Of a stretch of DNA of 64,000 nucleotides, positions 28,470-41,282 are shown piece after piece. Source of the stretch: Octopus sinensis (Eukaryota); the NCBI RefSeq assembly GCF_006345805.1, contig NC_043011.1, positions 44,218,464 through 44,282,463 of the forward strand, in the 5' to 3' direction. The translations under genes were made by a program, and so were the position numbers. The notes under the pieces were generated by a model. That model was not told the DNA's origin. It was given only the letters and a program-made list of their open reading frames with translations, and did not search any database. Position 1 is the first letter of the stretch. Every line of letters starts with the position of its first letter.

Positions 28470-28863
28470 CAGTTAAATTCCTGTATTTACATAATATCGA
28501 GGTCTCTTTCATTCTTTTGTTGTCTTACCATTTCTATCAATATATATATATATATTTTTGTATTCTTATTCGTGTTATCATTATTGTTTTTACGTATTTT
28601 TGTGTTCTTATTCGTGTAACATCGCCTGTTTTTCCATCCTTGTTTTGTATACATTCAAGGCTTTCTTCCAAGGAATCTAATGCGCTTGGCTTAGATTTTC
28701 CTTTGGGGCTGGCCAGATCGGAGCGATCTCAAGATTAATCAGCCGAAATTGCGAGGATGATCTGGTTCTTGACTGAAGATTGAAGGGTTCGAATGTCTCG
28801 TCCATATTTTTTGTATCGTCTTCTAAATGTTTTGCGTTCTTGTCCCAGTTTGTATTTTTTTAC

Positions 28864-28912
<49 letters not shown>

Positions 28913-29536
28913 CATACACACACACACACGTTCAGACACATATCTTTCTCTCATATGTATATATTTGTATGTGTGTGAGATGCAAGTTAAACATGTAGGT
29001 TTCATCTTGTGTTTATGATATACATATAAATATATGTATGTCATTATTCAGTTTTATTTCAAGATTTCTTGCCAATAGAGAAAGCTGGTTTCTAACTTAT
29101 ATCCAAAGCTCCTTCATTGGAATTTGAGCATCAACAGGATATTTTTGTATGTATGTATGTATGTATAAGTGCAGGTTTGTAAGTATGTATTTAACTTTCT
29201 CACCAAGATTTTTTTTTTTATTTGTGTAAATGCATGTGCACACATCTTTGTGTGTATATTTACACACTACACACAAATGCACACACAATGTATGTATTCA
29301 TTTACAAACTGATTGTCTTCATCCAGGCATTGATGCCATTATGTTGCAGTGTTCCCACAGGTGTGCCGTTGTGCAGTGCTGCTCTAAGTAATACCACAGA
29401 GCCATGATATTGCAGTGTTACCATTGTGACGCCACAGTTCAATGATAACAGAGTGCTGTTATAATGGTATTGCAGTGTTACAATCCATGTGGAGTCCTCT
29501 GATAATTATTTTTCTTCATATTTCCATTTACTACAG

Positions 29537-29657
29537 ATTACTAGAAAACCAATTACAGGAATCTGAGAAGAAATCCAAACACCTAGAACAAGATCTGCGT
29601 CAACAGATCGAGGAACTAAGCAAAGAGAATGATCGCCAAAAACAAGTCATCAGCCAG
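29537..29657 (+). CDS. MYO5: Myosin V exon, distal coiled coil (R)LLENQLQESEKKSKHLEQDLRQQIEELSKENDRQKQVISQ
   Basis: ctacag| acceptor, |gtaagg donor, phase 2 to 0; resembles vertebrate MYO5 RLLESQLQ...LKEENNRQQQLLAQ. Confidence 0.93.
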
Positions 29658-29720
29658 GTAAGGGGTCACTTCCTTTGTTTCAATTTCTTTAACAACCTAT
29701 GTATGACCATTAAGAAGATA

Positions 29721-29756
<36 letters not shown>

Positions 29757-29819
29757 GTTTCTATGGAGAAATGGGTACAATTTTTCATATTTACATTTCT
29801 GTTATGTAGGCTTATTATT

Positions 29820-30650
29820 GCAAAAGCATATCCAAAATATGATCATTCAAGAATGGAGTGGAATGAATGTGATTGAAGAAATTGAAAGCGCAAGTTCCAC
29901 TGGGCCAGACATTTTGCAACGCCCACAGAAAACAGGTGGACGTGCATTTGCTGACTGGCATCCAAAAAGGCCACGTGGGAGAAGACCTCCACATCGATGA
30001 GGAGACAATGTAGTTAAACTATTGGGTTGTTCGGAAAGTTTGTGCCAATTTATAGTAGCTTACCTTTCTACTTATTTTAGAACATGGTTGAATCCATAAA
30101 ATAGGATTTGACTACACCTCCATTTAGAGCTCAGTTTTAGCTATCTTTTCATGGAAGAAGGTTTATGTTCTTATAACCTGTGTTAATTCTGTAATCCTTT
30201 AAAATGGAAGAAAAGACAGTTCATTTTCGGCACTTGATGCTTTGGGAACCATACAAAAATTGCTGCAGCTCGGCTGGGATGTGTTACCCCACCCTCCATA
30301 TTCACCAGATATTGCTCCTTCAGATTTCCACTTATTCAGGTCTCTGCAGAATAGTCTTAATGATAAAAATTCCAATTCCTTGGATGACGTAAAAAAATAC
30401 CTTGATGAATTCTTTGCCATGAAACTCCCTCAATTCTGGGAGGAGGGTATTTTCAAGTTAAAGGAAAGATGAAGACGCATTGTGCAACAAAATGGTTCAA
30501 ATTTGGTTGATTAAAAATGTAATGGCAAGTATTTATTGACCTTTTTCTTTCCTTTAAAAATCGGCATGAACTTTCTGGACAACCCAATATTTGGGCCCCG
30601 ATGGAAAAGAAGGGCACGATCAAGAATGGATTAGAAGCATATTGTGACTA
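29820..30650 (+). mobile_element. RTE-clade LINE 3' remnant interrupted by a mariner element
   Basis: Degenerate KRKFHWA.H...NRW...DWHPKRPRG.RPPHR*.DNVVKL|FGPRWKRRARSR reads across the insertion. Confidence 0.65.
30022..30587 (+). mobile_element. Internally deleted mariner transposon
   Basis: TA-flanked TIRs ttgggttgttcggaaagtt / aactttctggacaacccaa; N-terminal MEEKTVHFRHLMLWE joined to C-terminal LGWDVLPHPPYSPDIAPSDFHLFRSL (YSPDLAP-D motif). Confidence 0.92.
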
Positions 30651-31360
30651 GTGGTGTATAACAACATCTGATAGTCTGGTCAATACAGTGATATCATACC
30701 TTGATACTGAGCACACAGGATTCTCCATTAACAGGACTCTAATAGTAAATAAAGTGTTAAACATTTTATTCTATGCAAATCAATCACTCCAGTTCCCTGG
30801 AGTCACTAGATATATATATATATGTATGTATATAAATGGATTTGCTGCTTGTTTCTCTGGGATCGGCCAAGTTATGTAGACCCCTCTGATGTGGCCCCCA
30901 CCAGTAAGGGTCGGAAATTGATTAAGGCTCTTCGTCAGTTTTTCAAATCTACAGAGAAATTAGTAAATTTGCCATGTTTTAAAGTCAACTACGTTGGTTC
31001 ACACACACACACACAATACATGTATATGTAAATATACGTGCACATGTGTGTGCGTGCAGGTACTCAAGTAAATATGTGTATGATGTTTGGTCTACACAGT
31101 GTTAGTATATACAAGTCTAATTTCTTCTGTGTGTGAGTGTGCTGATATATATGTGTGTGTGTGTGTGTGTGATCTCTAAGTGTTTATTACTGGTTTTGTA
31201 TTATTTCAGTTGTAAATAATATATATGTTTGTAAATATAGTATGAATGCATGCTCAAGGTTGCGTGTATATTGTATGATGTGTGTACTTTGTTCATTTTA
31301 GACACTAGTATGAGAAGGTATGAAGTGGTGGTGCCTGCCAACTCTCAAGTACCCTTCTGC

Positions 31361-31402
<42 letters not shown>

Positions 31403-31539
31403 GACATAAACATTTTCAGAAGATTGAAAAGTTAGATAGGTGGGTACCTTTGTGTCAGGGGATTGACCATTACTTGTTGGTCAGCTTTAACTCTCTAATA
31501 AGAAATTAAATATTCTAAATTATTCCAACTGACTAATTT

Positions 31540-31761
31540 ATAAAGAATAAAATATTTTGAATGACAGCAATGCACTCTAATACAAACAATGCACTATAAT
31601 AACTGTTGTAATAAAATTCCTTCTTCAGATATCTCTGAAGACAGAATTTTATTCCAAAATATCATATCAGACTATGGAGGATTAAATTACAACAGCTATT
31701 ATAGTCCATTGTTTGTATTATAAGTGCATTGTTGTGCCATTCAAAACATTTTATTCTTTAC
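31540..31761. repeat. Inverted repeat (~70-bp arms) with a degenerate hammerhead core in the spacer
   Basis: aaagaataaaatattttgaatg... vs ...cattcaaaacattttattcttt; tct-CTGAAGA...atatcatatc-aga at 31632-31671. Confidence 0.75.
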
Positions 31762-31907
31762 AAACAATAAACAATGCTTCAAGCAAACTACAATACTCTC
31801 CTGACTAATTTATATTTCTTGAATTACTTCCTGTATGAAGGAAACGTTAGAAAATTACTATTTTTATATCTCAAAATGTGAGATATTCAGCAACAGTACT
31901 TTGTAGT

Positions 31908-32093
31908 AAAGATTGTTTGCCAACATAACATGGCAGTCCTGGTCTAGGACTAATGTTGCTGTAATTTAACCCCCAGCCTGCTATATGACATGATCTGTGT
32001 TCTTATATTTTTGAACAAGGCCTCCTGGGGCTAAATTACAGCAACGTTAGGCCTAGACCAGGACTGCCATGTTATGTTGGCAAACTATCTTTA
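31908..32093. repeat. Inverted repeat (~68-bp arms)
   Basis: tttgccaacataacatggcagtcctggtctagg vs cctagaccaggactgccatgttatgttggcaaa. Confidence 0.88.
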
Positions 32094-33441
32094 TTACGGA
32101 GGAAACATCGACATGATGGCTAGTGTAGTGTTGGCTATATCACTGTGTTGTGTTCAGCTAAGCAAGACTGTGTGTGCTGAGGACTTAATGGCCATCAAAC
32201 TGACCATCTCGGTGATTCTATAATGTTTGGCTAGGTAAAACAGTGTGTACAAGGGACACTTGATTTTGTTTAGCCAAGCTAGACACTGATCTTCTGTTGG
32301 TGTCACAAGATATGTAGATACATAAAAAGAGACTGTAAAAAGATTATAAAAATAATGGCCGAATATTGCCTGATGAAATGGGGTGGCTATACAATAATGT
32401 TAAATTATGTAATATCTTGTAATCATTATATATTGTTGAATAGATAACCGCTTTATTGAAATGAGTGTAGCAATGTTTTGAGCTATCCTTTCATGTTTCT
32501 TTACTGTATATATGAACATGTAAATATTTTTTGGCGAGAAAACAGAATGAAATTTTGCCACCAATGTCATTGATTCAAAATTCTGCTAAAATTGATTAGT
32601 ATCGATAACAAACAACGGATGATTTTATCAGCAAAACTGCTTCCTTCCGCATAACATTACTTTACTTGGAAACAGGTGAGGGTTGGCAACAGGAAGGGCA
32701 TCCAGCCATTCAAAACCTGCTTCAACTAATTCCATCCAACCTCTGCAAGCATGGAAGAGTGAACTTGAAATGATGTGGTTGTGGTGGTGGTGGTGTGATG
32801 ATGTGGAGGAAGAGGAGGAGTGATGATTTGTCAGTTATTAAGTCTGCAGAAGATTATTATTATTTCAGAATGAATTGCAATGAAAAGATTTGGTTCCTGT
32901 TGTATTTCTATGATAATTTAGTTGCTGTTGTTGTTGTTGTTGTTATTAATCTTTCTTGTTCACATATTGAATAATATCTTATATGATGTTTAATTTCAGC
33001 TTAATTCAATTGCAACAGTATGTATATATCTACATCATGCTACATGTCTGTCTCTCTTTGTCCTTCCATCTTAACCAGCATGTGGCATGATTAATCATTA
33101 GTCAGCATGTAGTTTCATTAATCATTATACCATTTTTGTTGTTGTTTAGTTTTTGTTTGTGTATTTTTTCCTACCATGACACTAGTTTAAAACTTGTGTG
33201 TGTATATATTTGTGTGTGTGTGTGTGTATGTGTGTGTGTGCGTGTGTGTGTATTTGTGTGTGTAAGGAAATAGTTCCCAATTACAACTCTGAGTAAATAG
33301 TGTGCTTTAAAGATGGTTAATAGGTTTTATGCTGTCCCAGATCTGCCCTAGGTCAAATGATGAGAATTATTACAACTGTGACCATCCTGCATTTTATTTA
33401 GATATAGTGTATCTAAGACCACATTATTTAGTGTGTCCTTA

Positions 33442-33658
33442 TGAGGAGTTGCTGAAAAGCTTTTGGCTTTAAGAGTATCACAAAAGGCCTGCTTGGAGGC
33501 CCAACCTTCCGAGTTCTTATACAGGGCTTAGAAAAACTGTAGGACAGCTGCAATATATCAGTGAATCTGAGAGGGGAATGTGTTGAATAAAATCATAATT
33601 AATTGATCCTCCTGTATTTTCTTTTACCCAAAGCCAAGAACTTCTCAGCATCACCTTG
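33442..33658 (+). mobile_element. Mariner-derived MITE
   Basis: TA-flanked degenerate TIRs (gaggagttgctgaaaagcttttggctt / aagccaagaacttctcagcatcacctt); retains a transposase-like 3' end (YTGLEKL...NLRGECVE*). Confidence 0.7.
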
Positions 33659-35940
33659 TATATAGTCCCAGGATAGCCATGACCCAATAGACTAATGATT
33701 AAAGGATTCAGTCATCACCATCTCATCTGTAAATTTGACCTCACAACTCAGGTCATGACATGGAAACCTTCAACAAGAGGTTCCACATCTATTTAACACT
33801 GAAGCAATGGGACAAAGTACTGATTACTGATCCTTGGGCTTAGGCATGCTCTTGGGCTTAGGCATGCTCTAACAGTTTGGCAGTTTGTTTAAGAAGTTAA
33901 ATCAAGGGCCAAGGTCTTGGGATTCTGACTTTCAAAGAAGGGTGTAGGGACCCCACATGTTATAAAAAGGTAGGAGCAGCTTAACATCCAAAAAACAAAA
34001 TAGGGGCTCTATTGATAATAAGAAGTCAGCCTATGTCTAAATAATTTATAAATGACAGCTTGTCTAATAGTGCCCCTCCCCTTCAACGCCCTTAAAAATA
34101 AGAAAAATTAACATTTAGGGTAAACACTTGTGTGCTCAGGTTGCTATTGTACTTTGTCTCTGAATGCAGGAATCAATGTCTCATCAGGTGGTGAAGGGAA
34201 TTCTGTAGATGTTTTAGCCCCATGAGATTTGTTGAGTCACATGTTGCAACTCTGGGCCAGATGTTGCTATCATCCCCAACACTAGTTCTTGCTGCACCAC
34301 TCCATAACTAAAAATTGAAAAAAACCCTGATCATTGTAACTGTTGTTGCTCTTACAACTCTTTTTCTTTGGTTTAAGAGTTTTTATATGAGAGGAAATTT
34401 TTAACTGATCACTAATGCAACATTCATCAATTATAAGGTCTTCCTGCTGTCTACATTGATGAACTATACCTCCTCAAGCAAGAAACCCAACAAGGTCGAC
34501 TTTATCTTTCATCCTTTCGGGGTCGATAAATTAAATACCAGTTGAATGCTGGGGTCGATGTAATTGACTATACCCCTCCCCAAAATTTCAGGCCTTGTGC
34601 CTGTAGTAGAAAGGATTATTATTATTATTGTTGCTATTAAGGTGGTGCGATGGGCAATTCATTAGCACACTGGAAAATATGCTTTGACAGCATTTCTTTC
34701 AGGTTTACATTCTGAGTTCAAATTCTGCCGAGGTAAACTTTGCCTTTCATCCTTCCAAGGTTGATAAAATATAGTATCAGTTGCACCACTCATCCTCACT
34801 CTCTCTTTCTTGCGCCAGATGTCATGACATGCTTTCTCAGCAAGCCTCCAACAATTTCCTAGCAACATCTCTCAGGATTGAGAAGTTAACTCATTGGAAG
34901 CGAAGGCAGTGGTGTTGGGGGTGTTGTTATTGTTGCTGTCTGCAGTGACCAAAAAAAACCCGGGTAGTTTGTGAGTTTGGATAGATTTGTATATTGTAGA
35001 CGTGAGATTATTTTAAACTGTGTACATTCTAACACTGTTTGTTTCACCTCTGACCTTAACCCTACCCACCTTTTTTTTTTTGCTGTTTAATTCTGCATGT
35101 TAGATGGTTTAGTGCAATATCGCAGCAAGCCGTGCATGCGTGTATTTTCTGCACAGATTATTTCCCCTCACCAAGATGTTTTCAGAAAACTGACTCTGTG
35201 TGTTTGTGTGTATGTGTGTGTGTGTGCACTGATTTTTTTTTTCCTAGATGCATTTCATTGCATGAAACTATTAATGTGTTATTGTTGTTGTTGTTATTTA
35301 GGGTGGTGGTAACATTAGAGCATCATACAAAATGCTTTGTGGCATTTTTCGTTATGTCTTTTTACATTCTGAGTTCAAATTCTGCCTGGGTTGACTCTAC
35401 CTTTCATCCCTTCTTGGGATTGAGAAAATAGAATACTAAGTAAGTTAATCAGCTATACTGACCCCTTCATCTGTGTCCCTGTAGCAAATAAAAGAAATCA
35501 TTTGCAGTTGGCTTTACCCCTCATATTTTCAAAGCTGGTAAGACAAAGTGCCACTTGATCATTGGGATGGATGTAGTCAGCTGCCCCTCCCCTCAAAAAC
35601 TGCTGGCCTTGTGCCAAATTTTTTTTTAAATCATAGTTATTATTGTTAAGGGAGCAAGCCAGCAAAACTGTTAGCATGAAGGTCAAAATGCTTAGCAGCA
35701 TTTCATCTGTCTTTAGGTTTTGAGTTCAAAACCTAATAATGATGAAGAATGATGGACAGCTTTTAATTACCATCAATTGATGGCCATTGTCCTATCATAC
35801 AATGTTGTGTGGTATGTAGCAGACTTAGGAGATACTTCCTCCTAAAGAATTTACTAATTTTCACTATTTCTTACTATTTTTATTTTTCTCACATCAGCAT
35901 CACTAATTAGTTTTTTCTTAGCAAATTTGGTAATGATATA

Positions 35941-36459
35941 CCGTAAATCCTCAAGTATAATCCACATTTTTTCCCCAAAATTTCACGTTCAAAATCCCTA
36001 GTGTGTACTATATTCAAGGTTAAAATTGAAAAATATTTTGTATTCAATGTCCAAGTCTCTATTTGCTGTCTGACAATTTTTATTCAGACGCATTTTGCAA
36101 TGTCAGGTGCGAAAATACCTTAAGCTAAGCCTGAAAGCAATGAAGTCATAAAAGAATCATCCATAACTTGCAGTTAGCAACATTTATTAAATGTTATTAG
36201 TTATTACTGTTATTTCTTTATTTTCTGCAAACAAAATGCACAAAAAAGCTACATGTTTGCATTATGTTATATATACAATAATAATAAAGTACATTACCGT
36301 ATACATTTTTACAAACCAAGGACGTTATATAGACCTCCTTGACTCAAGTTAGAGAAGGGGTGTGTATTATACACAAGGCTTAGGTTTTTCAGAGGTACAG
36401 CCCCCTAAAAATCACCTGTGTATTATACTCAAGGGCGGACTATACTTGAGGATTTATGG
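35941..36459. mobile_element. Tc1/pogo-type non-autonomous element
   Basis: TA|ccgtaaatcctcaagtataatcc ... ggactatacttgaggatttatgg|TA terminal inverted repeats. Confidence 0.8.
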
Positions 36460-36556
36460 TAGTTGTTTGGAAAAATGTGCACTTGTCACAATGAATTGGT
36501 GCCAAAGTGTGACAACTGGATATCTTCTTTAACATTAAATGCCCAGCTATGAAAAT

Positions 36557-36730
36557 TTAACCCTTTTGCATTTAAACTGGCTATATCCAGCCCAAATATG
36601 CTATCCGTCTTATTTTCAAACTGGCCAGAGTTTGCCTCTCACACCTACCTTACAATGTCATTCTAAAAATAAGCAATCACATCATTGAAATATCAAAGCT
36701 GACAGAATAACCTGAATGCCAAATAGTTAA
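36557..36730. mobile_element. piggyBac-type MITE
   Basis: TTAA|cccttttgcatt ... aatgccaaatag|TTAA. Confidence 0.65.
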
Positions 36731-37059
36731 ATGTGGTTTATGTATGGAGCTAAGCAGACTGAGCCAAGTAGAATAATGTCCCTTGGCTTGTGCTATAACA
36801 CTGGGTAGAATTTTAGTGTATCATATGACATGTTACAATGATCTCCATATGACATTTGTGGCTGCTTCAATTTTCTGTGATCCATAAATTTAGTAGCTGT
36901 CAAGTACTGCAGGTATTATATTGACTTTAACACACACACAAACTTCTTAATCTTAAATATTTTGTTATAATCCAGGGCAACATATGAGGAATACCTAGCT
37001 CTACTTTGCTGAGAACATTGCAAAGAGAAAAAGGATGCTATATATTTTGTGGTATGCAA

Positions 37060-38165
37060 GACAACTATCCTGCTACATTTCACGTGGAATTTTTAGTCTT
37101 CCAAAGTTGTTTTACTGCATAAGTCAACTTAACATTTTTGGTAATAAATCTTGGTCTGAAAAATTCAGCTTATATACCGGAAAATACTGTAAATGTTGTC
37201 TTAAGTGAAGATGTGATGTAACATCATATTTTTGTTATGACAAATGAGAATCATAACCTGTCATATACATTTAATTCTGTGTGGAAGCACATGGCCTAGT
37301 TATTAGAGCAGCGGACTTGTGGTCGAGGGGTCGCGGTTTCAAATCTCATATGCGATGTGTGTGTTTATGAGCGAAACACCTAAGCTCCACGCGGATCCGG
37401 CAGAAGGTAATGGCGAACTTCTGCTGACTCTTTCGCCACAACTTTCTCTCACTCTTTCCTCCTGCATTTTGCAGCTCACCTGTCACGGACTGGTGTCCCG
37501 TCCAGGTGGGGAACCTATACGCCAAGGAAACCGACCCTTATGAGCCATGTGTGGTTTGAGAGGGAACATTTCATCCTGTCATAATTTATATGCCATTCTA
37601 TGATGACATACCTATGTATCATCCCAGACTAGTTGTGTTCCACTCTATTTTCCAGCATACAAGTTAACATAATATATAGAGTAAACATGCAGTGTAAACA
37701 TTTAAACATTGTCACTATCTTTCCAAATTCTGCTGCATTTCACATGGAATTTTTGGTCCTCCAGAGTCAACCTCCCATTTTTGGCTTAAAGTTTTGTTTG
37801 CATGAAAATACAGTAAATGCTGTCTTGTGATGTTGTAATATCACATTTTTGTTATGACATATGATTATCGTAAACTATTATATATGTTTCACTCTGTCAT
37901 AAGTTTTACAAAATGTTACGATGACATTTGTGTATCAATCCAGATTATTTGTGTTGCATTGTATTTCCTGACATACAAGTCAATGTAGCATATAGTATAA
38001 ACATGTAGCGTAAGCATTCAAAGACCATCACTGTCTTTCCAATTCCTGCTAAATTTCAAATGGGATTGTTTGTCCTCCAAAGTCATCTTGGTGTGTAATT
38101 TGGCCTACTTAGATTTATCTGTAATTTTTTTCTGAAAAATTTGACTTTATGGTAGGGAATACAAT
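37060..38165. mobile_element. Cluster of degenerate pogo-like MITE fragments plus a family E tRNA-SINE (37280-37560)
   Basis: Recurrent gcatttcacatggaattttt...gaaaatac(t/a)gta motif, also at 12838-13020 and 44450-44640. Confidence 0.55.
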
Positions 38166-38739
38166 ATAGAAACTACATAGAGAGTAAAAGAGAAACTCAG
38201 AATAGACAAAACTAAGTAGAGTACATGGTGGCCCTTGAAAGCAATATCATCAACTTTGTCCCTTCTCCTCTATACTGTTCACTACCTGACTTTAAGGGAC
38301 TTCAAGATAGTATTTCTCTATGTTTCTGTTAGGTTCTTCTATTTTTACTGACCCTTATTTACTCTTTTATATGAGTTGGCCTTCAATTCACAGGGCCTTG
38401 TATTTCGTAAGGGTGGGTGTGTAAATGATTGAATCAACCCCGGTACTTGATCAAGCATTTTAATGTTATTGACCTATAGAAAGATGGACAACAAAAACTG
38501 ACCTTAAGAGCTTTGAACTCAGAATATAAGGGGCCATCATTAAATGGTGCACAGAATTTTTTTCCGGGTCTCTACCATTTCTGCCAGTCTACTAATATTG
38601 TGTGTGTGTGTGTATGTATGTGTGTGTGCGTGTGCATGCACATGTGTATGTATATATATTTATATATGTGTGTGTGTGTATATATGTGTATATATATCTA
38701 TCTATATATATATATGTATGTGTATCTTTATATATATGC

Positions 38740-38798
<59 letters not shown>

Positions 38799-40491
38799 AT
38801 GTGTGTTTATATGTGTGTATATATATATATGCACATATATATATATATGTATGTATGTGTTTATATATATGTACATATCTATATGTGTATGTGTGTTTAT
38901 GTGTGTGTGTGGTTTCTTGTGTATATCGCTAATCGTGTTTTTGTGTAATTTCTATATTGAGTGTTAAACAAAATTTGTAAAACTTTTGCCTTATGATTGC
39001 TTTTGTTGTTGTTGTTGTTGTCTAACCCCCAGGTCAGCCTTGGTTAAATAGACCAACGATCAAAGGCAGCCCAGCCATGATTAAACTGTTTTTCTTTTGT
39101 TTTTGTGTTTGTTTAATATATTTGAAGACAACATTCTTTGTGTCCTTTCTGCTTTTAAAAAAAACTAGAGTGTGATTTGAGGGAGATTTGACATTATCTT
39201 TACCAAATTGAGGCCGTTGAGATCTGGTCATAATAGACCATGATGAAATAATGTTTCACCAGGCAATGTATTTGTGGTCCTCGGTTATGTCCCCCTGCTT
39301 TTCAACATCCTTGTTTGTGTTGGTGAAAAAAGTACCAGTAATATACTGTACTCTTCCTCTTTATAAGTTTGTAGTATACATGGGTGTAAGAAAAAGCTTT
39401 TAAAATTTTTAATTTTTCTTACACCCATGTATACTAAAATTTGTTTTCAGTTTAGCATTCTACCTTATTGTTATTATTTTTTCCTTTCCTATATATATAT
39501 ATATCACGTGATCACGTGACCGACCAGACCATCAGATGTTGTTACACATCGCTGGTTACGATGCGTTCGCATTGTTTTAGCTTTCAAATGATGCCACCCC
39601 GCTGGCTAAGCGAGCAGGCCAACAGAAGAAAGAGTGAAAGAAAGTGTGGTGAAAGAGTACAGCAGGGATCACCACCCCCTGCCGGAGCCTTGTGGAGCTT
39701 TTAGGTGTTTTCGCTCAATAAACACTCACAACGCCCATTCTGGGATATATATATATATATATATACTCTTTTACTTGTTTCAGTCATTTGACTGCAGCCA
39801 TGCTGGAGCACTGCCTTTAGTTGAGCAAATCGACCCCAGGACTTATTCTTCGTAAGCCTAGTACTTATTCTATCGGTCTCTTTTGCCAAACCGCTAAGTT
39901 ACGGGGACGTAAATACACCAGCATCAGTTTTCAAGCGATGTTGGGGGGACAAACACATACACAACAACAATAATATATATATATATACGACGGGCTTCTT
40001 TCCGTTTGTGTCTAGCAAATCCACTCACAAGGCTTTGGTCGTCCCGAAGCTATAGTAGAAGACACTTGCCCAAAGTGCCATGCAGTGGGACTGAACCCGG
40101 AACCATGTGGTTGGTAAGCAAGCTCCTTACCACACAGCCACTCCTGCACCTATATAACACAAGCTATAATAACAACAATTTTACATTAAACTGAAATATT
40201 ACTCAATACTTTTTGTTGAGTACATATTTATTATACTTCAAAGTCACTATCAACACCATTCTTGTAAATGAATAATACATGTATGTAAACACACACACAC
40301 ACACTGTGAAGATGAGGTTAATAATATGAATATATAAATATTGTTAAAATAGACAGTGTGTAGTTGTGATTAGTAATCTGGGAAATTATAATCTTAATTA
40401 CAACTCATTTCAAGCAATTAATCCTAGTAGCTTTGTCACTTTAATTATCTTTGTTTCATCTCATCATTTGTTTATCGTTTTCCATTTCTAG

Positions 40492-40569
40492 AACCTGTCA
40501 TCTAAAACCGGTGATGAAATCAGTGTTACTATGGGACAAGACATCATACGAATCACAACAGAGAACTTG
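40492..40569 (+). CDS. MYO5: Myosin V exon NLSSKTGDEISVTMGQDIIRITTENL
   Basis: tttctag| acceptor, |gtatgt donor, 78 nt, phase 0-0; resembles MYO5 NL...EITRLTNENL. Confidence 0.9.
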
Positions 40570-41188
40570 GTATGTTCTTCCTTGAATTCATTTCCTGGTT
40601 ATTAGCATCCATCGTTGTCTTCATTGTCAATGATGCTGATGACAAAATGTCTCCACCCCGTGGTTCATTTTGAGGCAGATTTCTGCTTCAAGCACCCTAT
40701 ATAATCCCTTCTAACTTTTTTTCCATTTTGGGGGAATTTTCAGAAAATTTTTGTTTATTTATTCTATACATGGAAATTCATGCAATTATGAAAAAAAAAT
40801 TTTTTTCTCCAATTATTTGAATTACAAAAAATTTTTTTTTCATTTTTCAAATTCTTTTAAAAATCAGAGTTCAAAATATGAACAATCCAAATTTTTTTGT
40901 AATAAACTTCATAAGCTTACAGTTGTTTCTACTATAATTAAGAACCATTGCACTCAGAGCTGAGGGCTTGGGTGACATTTTACAGCCTCTTCAGAGCCAT
41001 TATAAATGAAGTGTATATTTATTTTGGAAAGCATTAAAGTTCATATATGCAAATTTAAATATGCATACACACATTTGTATTGTTCAAACTGTTACACCTT
41101 TATCTAAGTGCTCTCTCTGTAAAGCGACCATTATATACATTCTCTATATTTTGCCTATATATACACACACATTTCACTTTCTTTCCAG

Positions 41189-41282
41189 GAATTACGTGAA
41201 ACTGTCAGCAAACAAACTGAACAGATCAGAAAATTGAAGAAGACACTCAAAGTATATGCTCGCAAACTAAAAGCTGGTGAAG
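41189..41282 (+). CDS. MYO5: Myosin V exon ELRETVSKQTEQIRKLKKTLKVYARKLKAGE
   Basis: ctttccag| acceptor, |gtatgt donor, phase 0-1; resembles MYO5 VRKLKKQLKVFAKKI. Confidence 0.93.

Noticed and set aside
30204-30472. Functional or domesticated mariner transposase
   Set aside because: Large internal deletion removes the DNA-binding region and most of the catalytic domain; the halves are out of frame
40570-41188. Homologue of vertebrate MYO5A exon F at the ENL|EL junction
   Set aside because: No convincing phase-0 exon with both splice sites seen in this 619-nt intron
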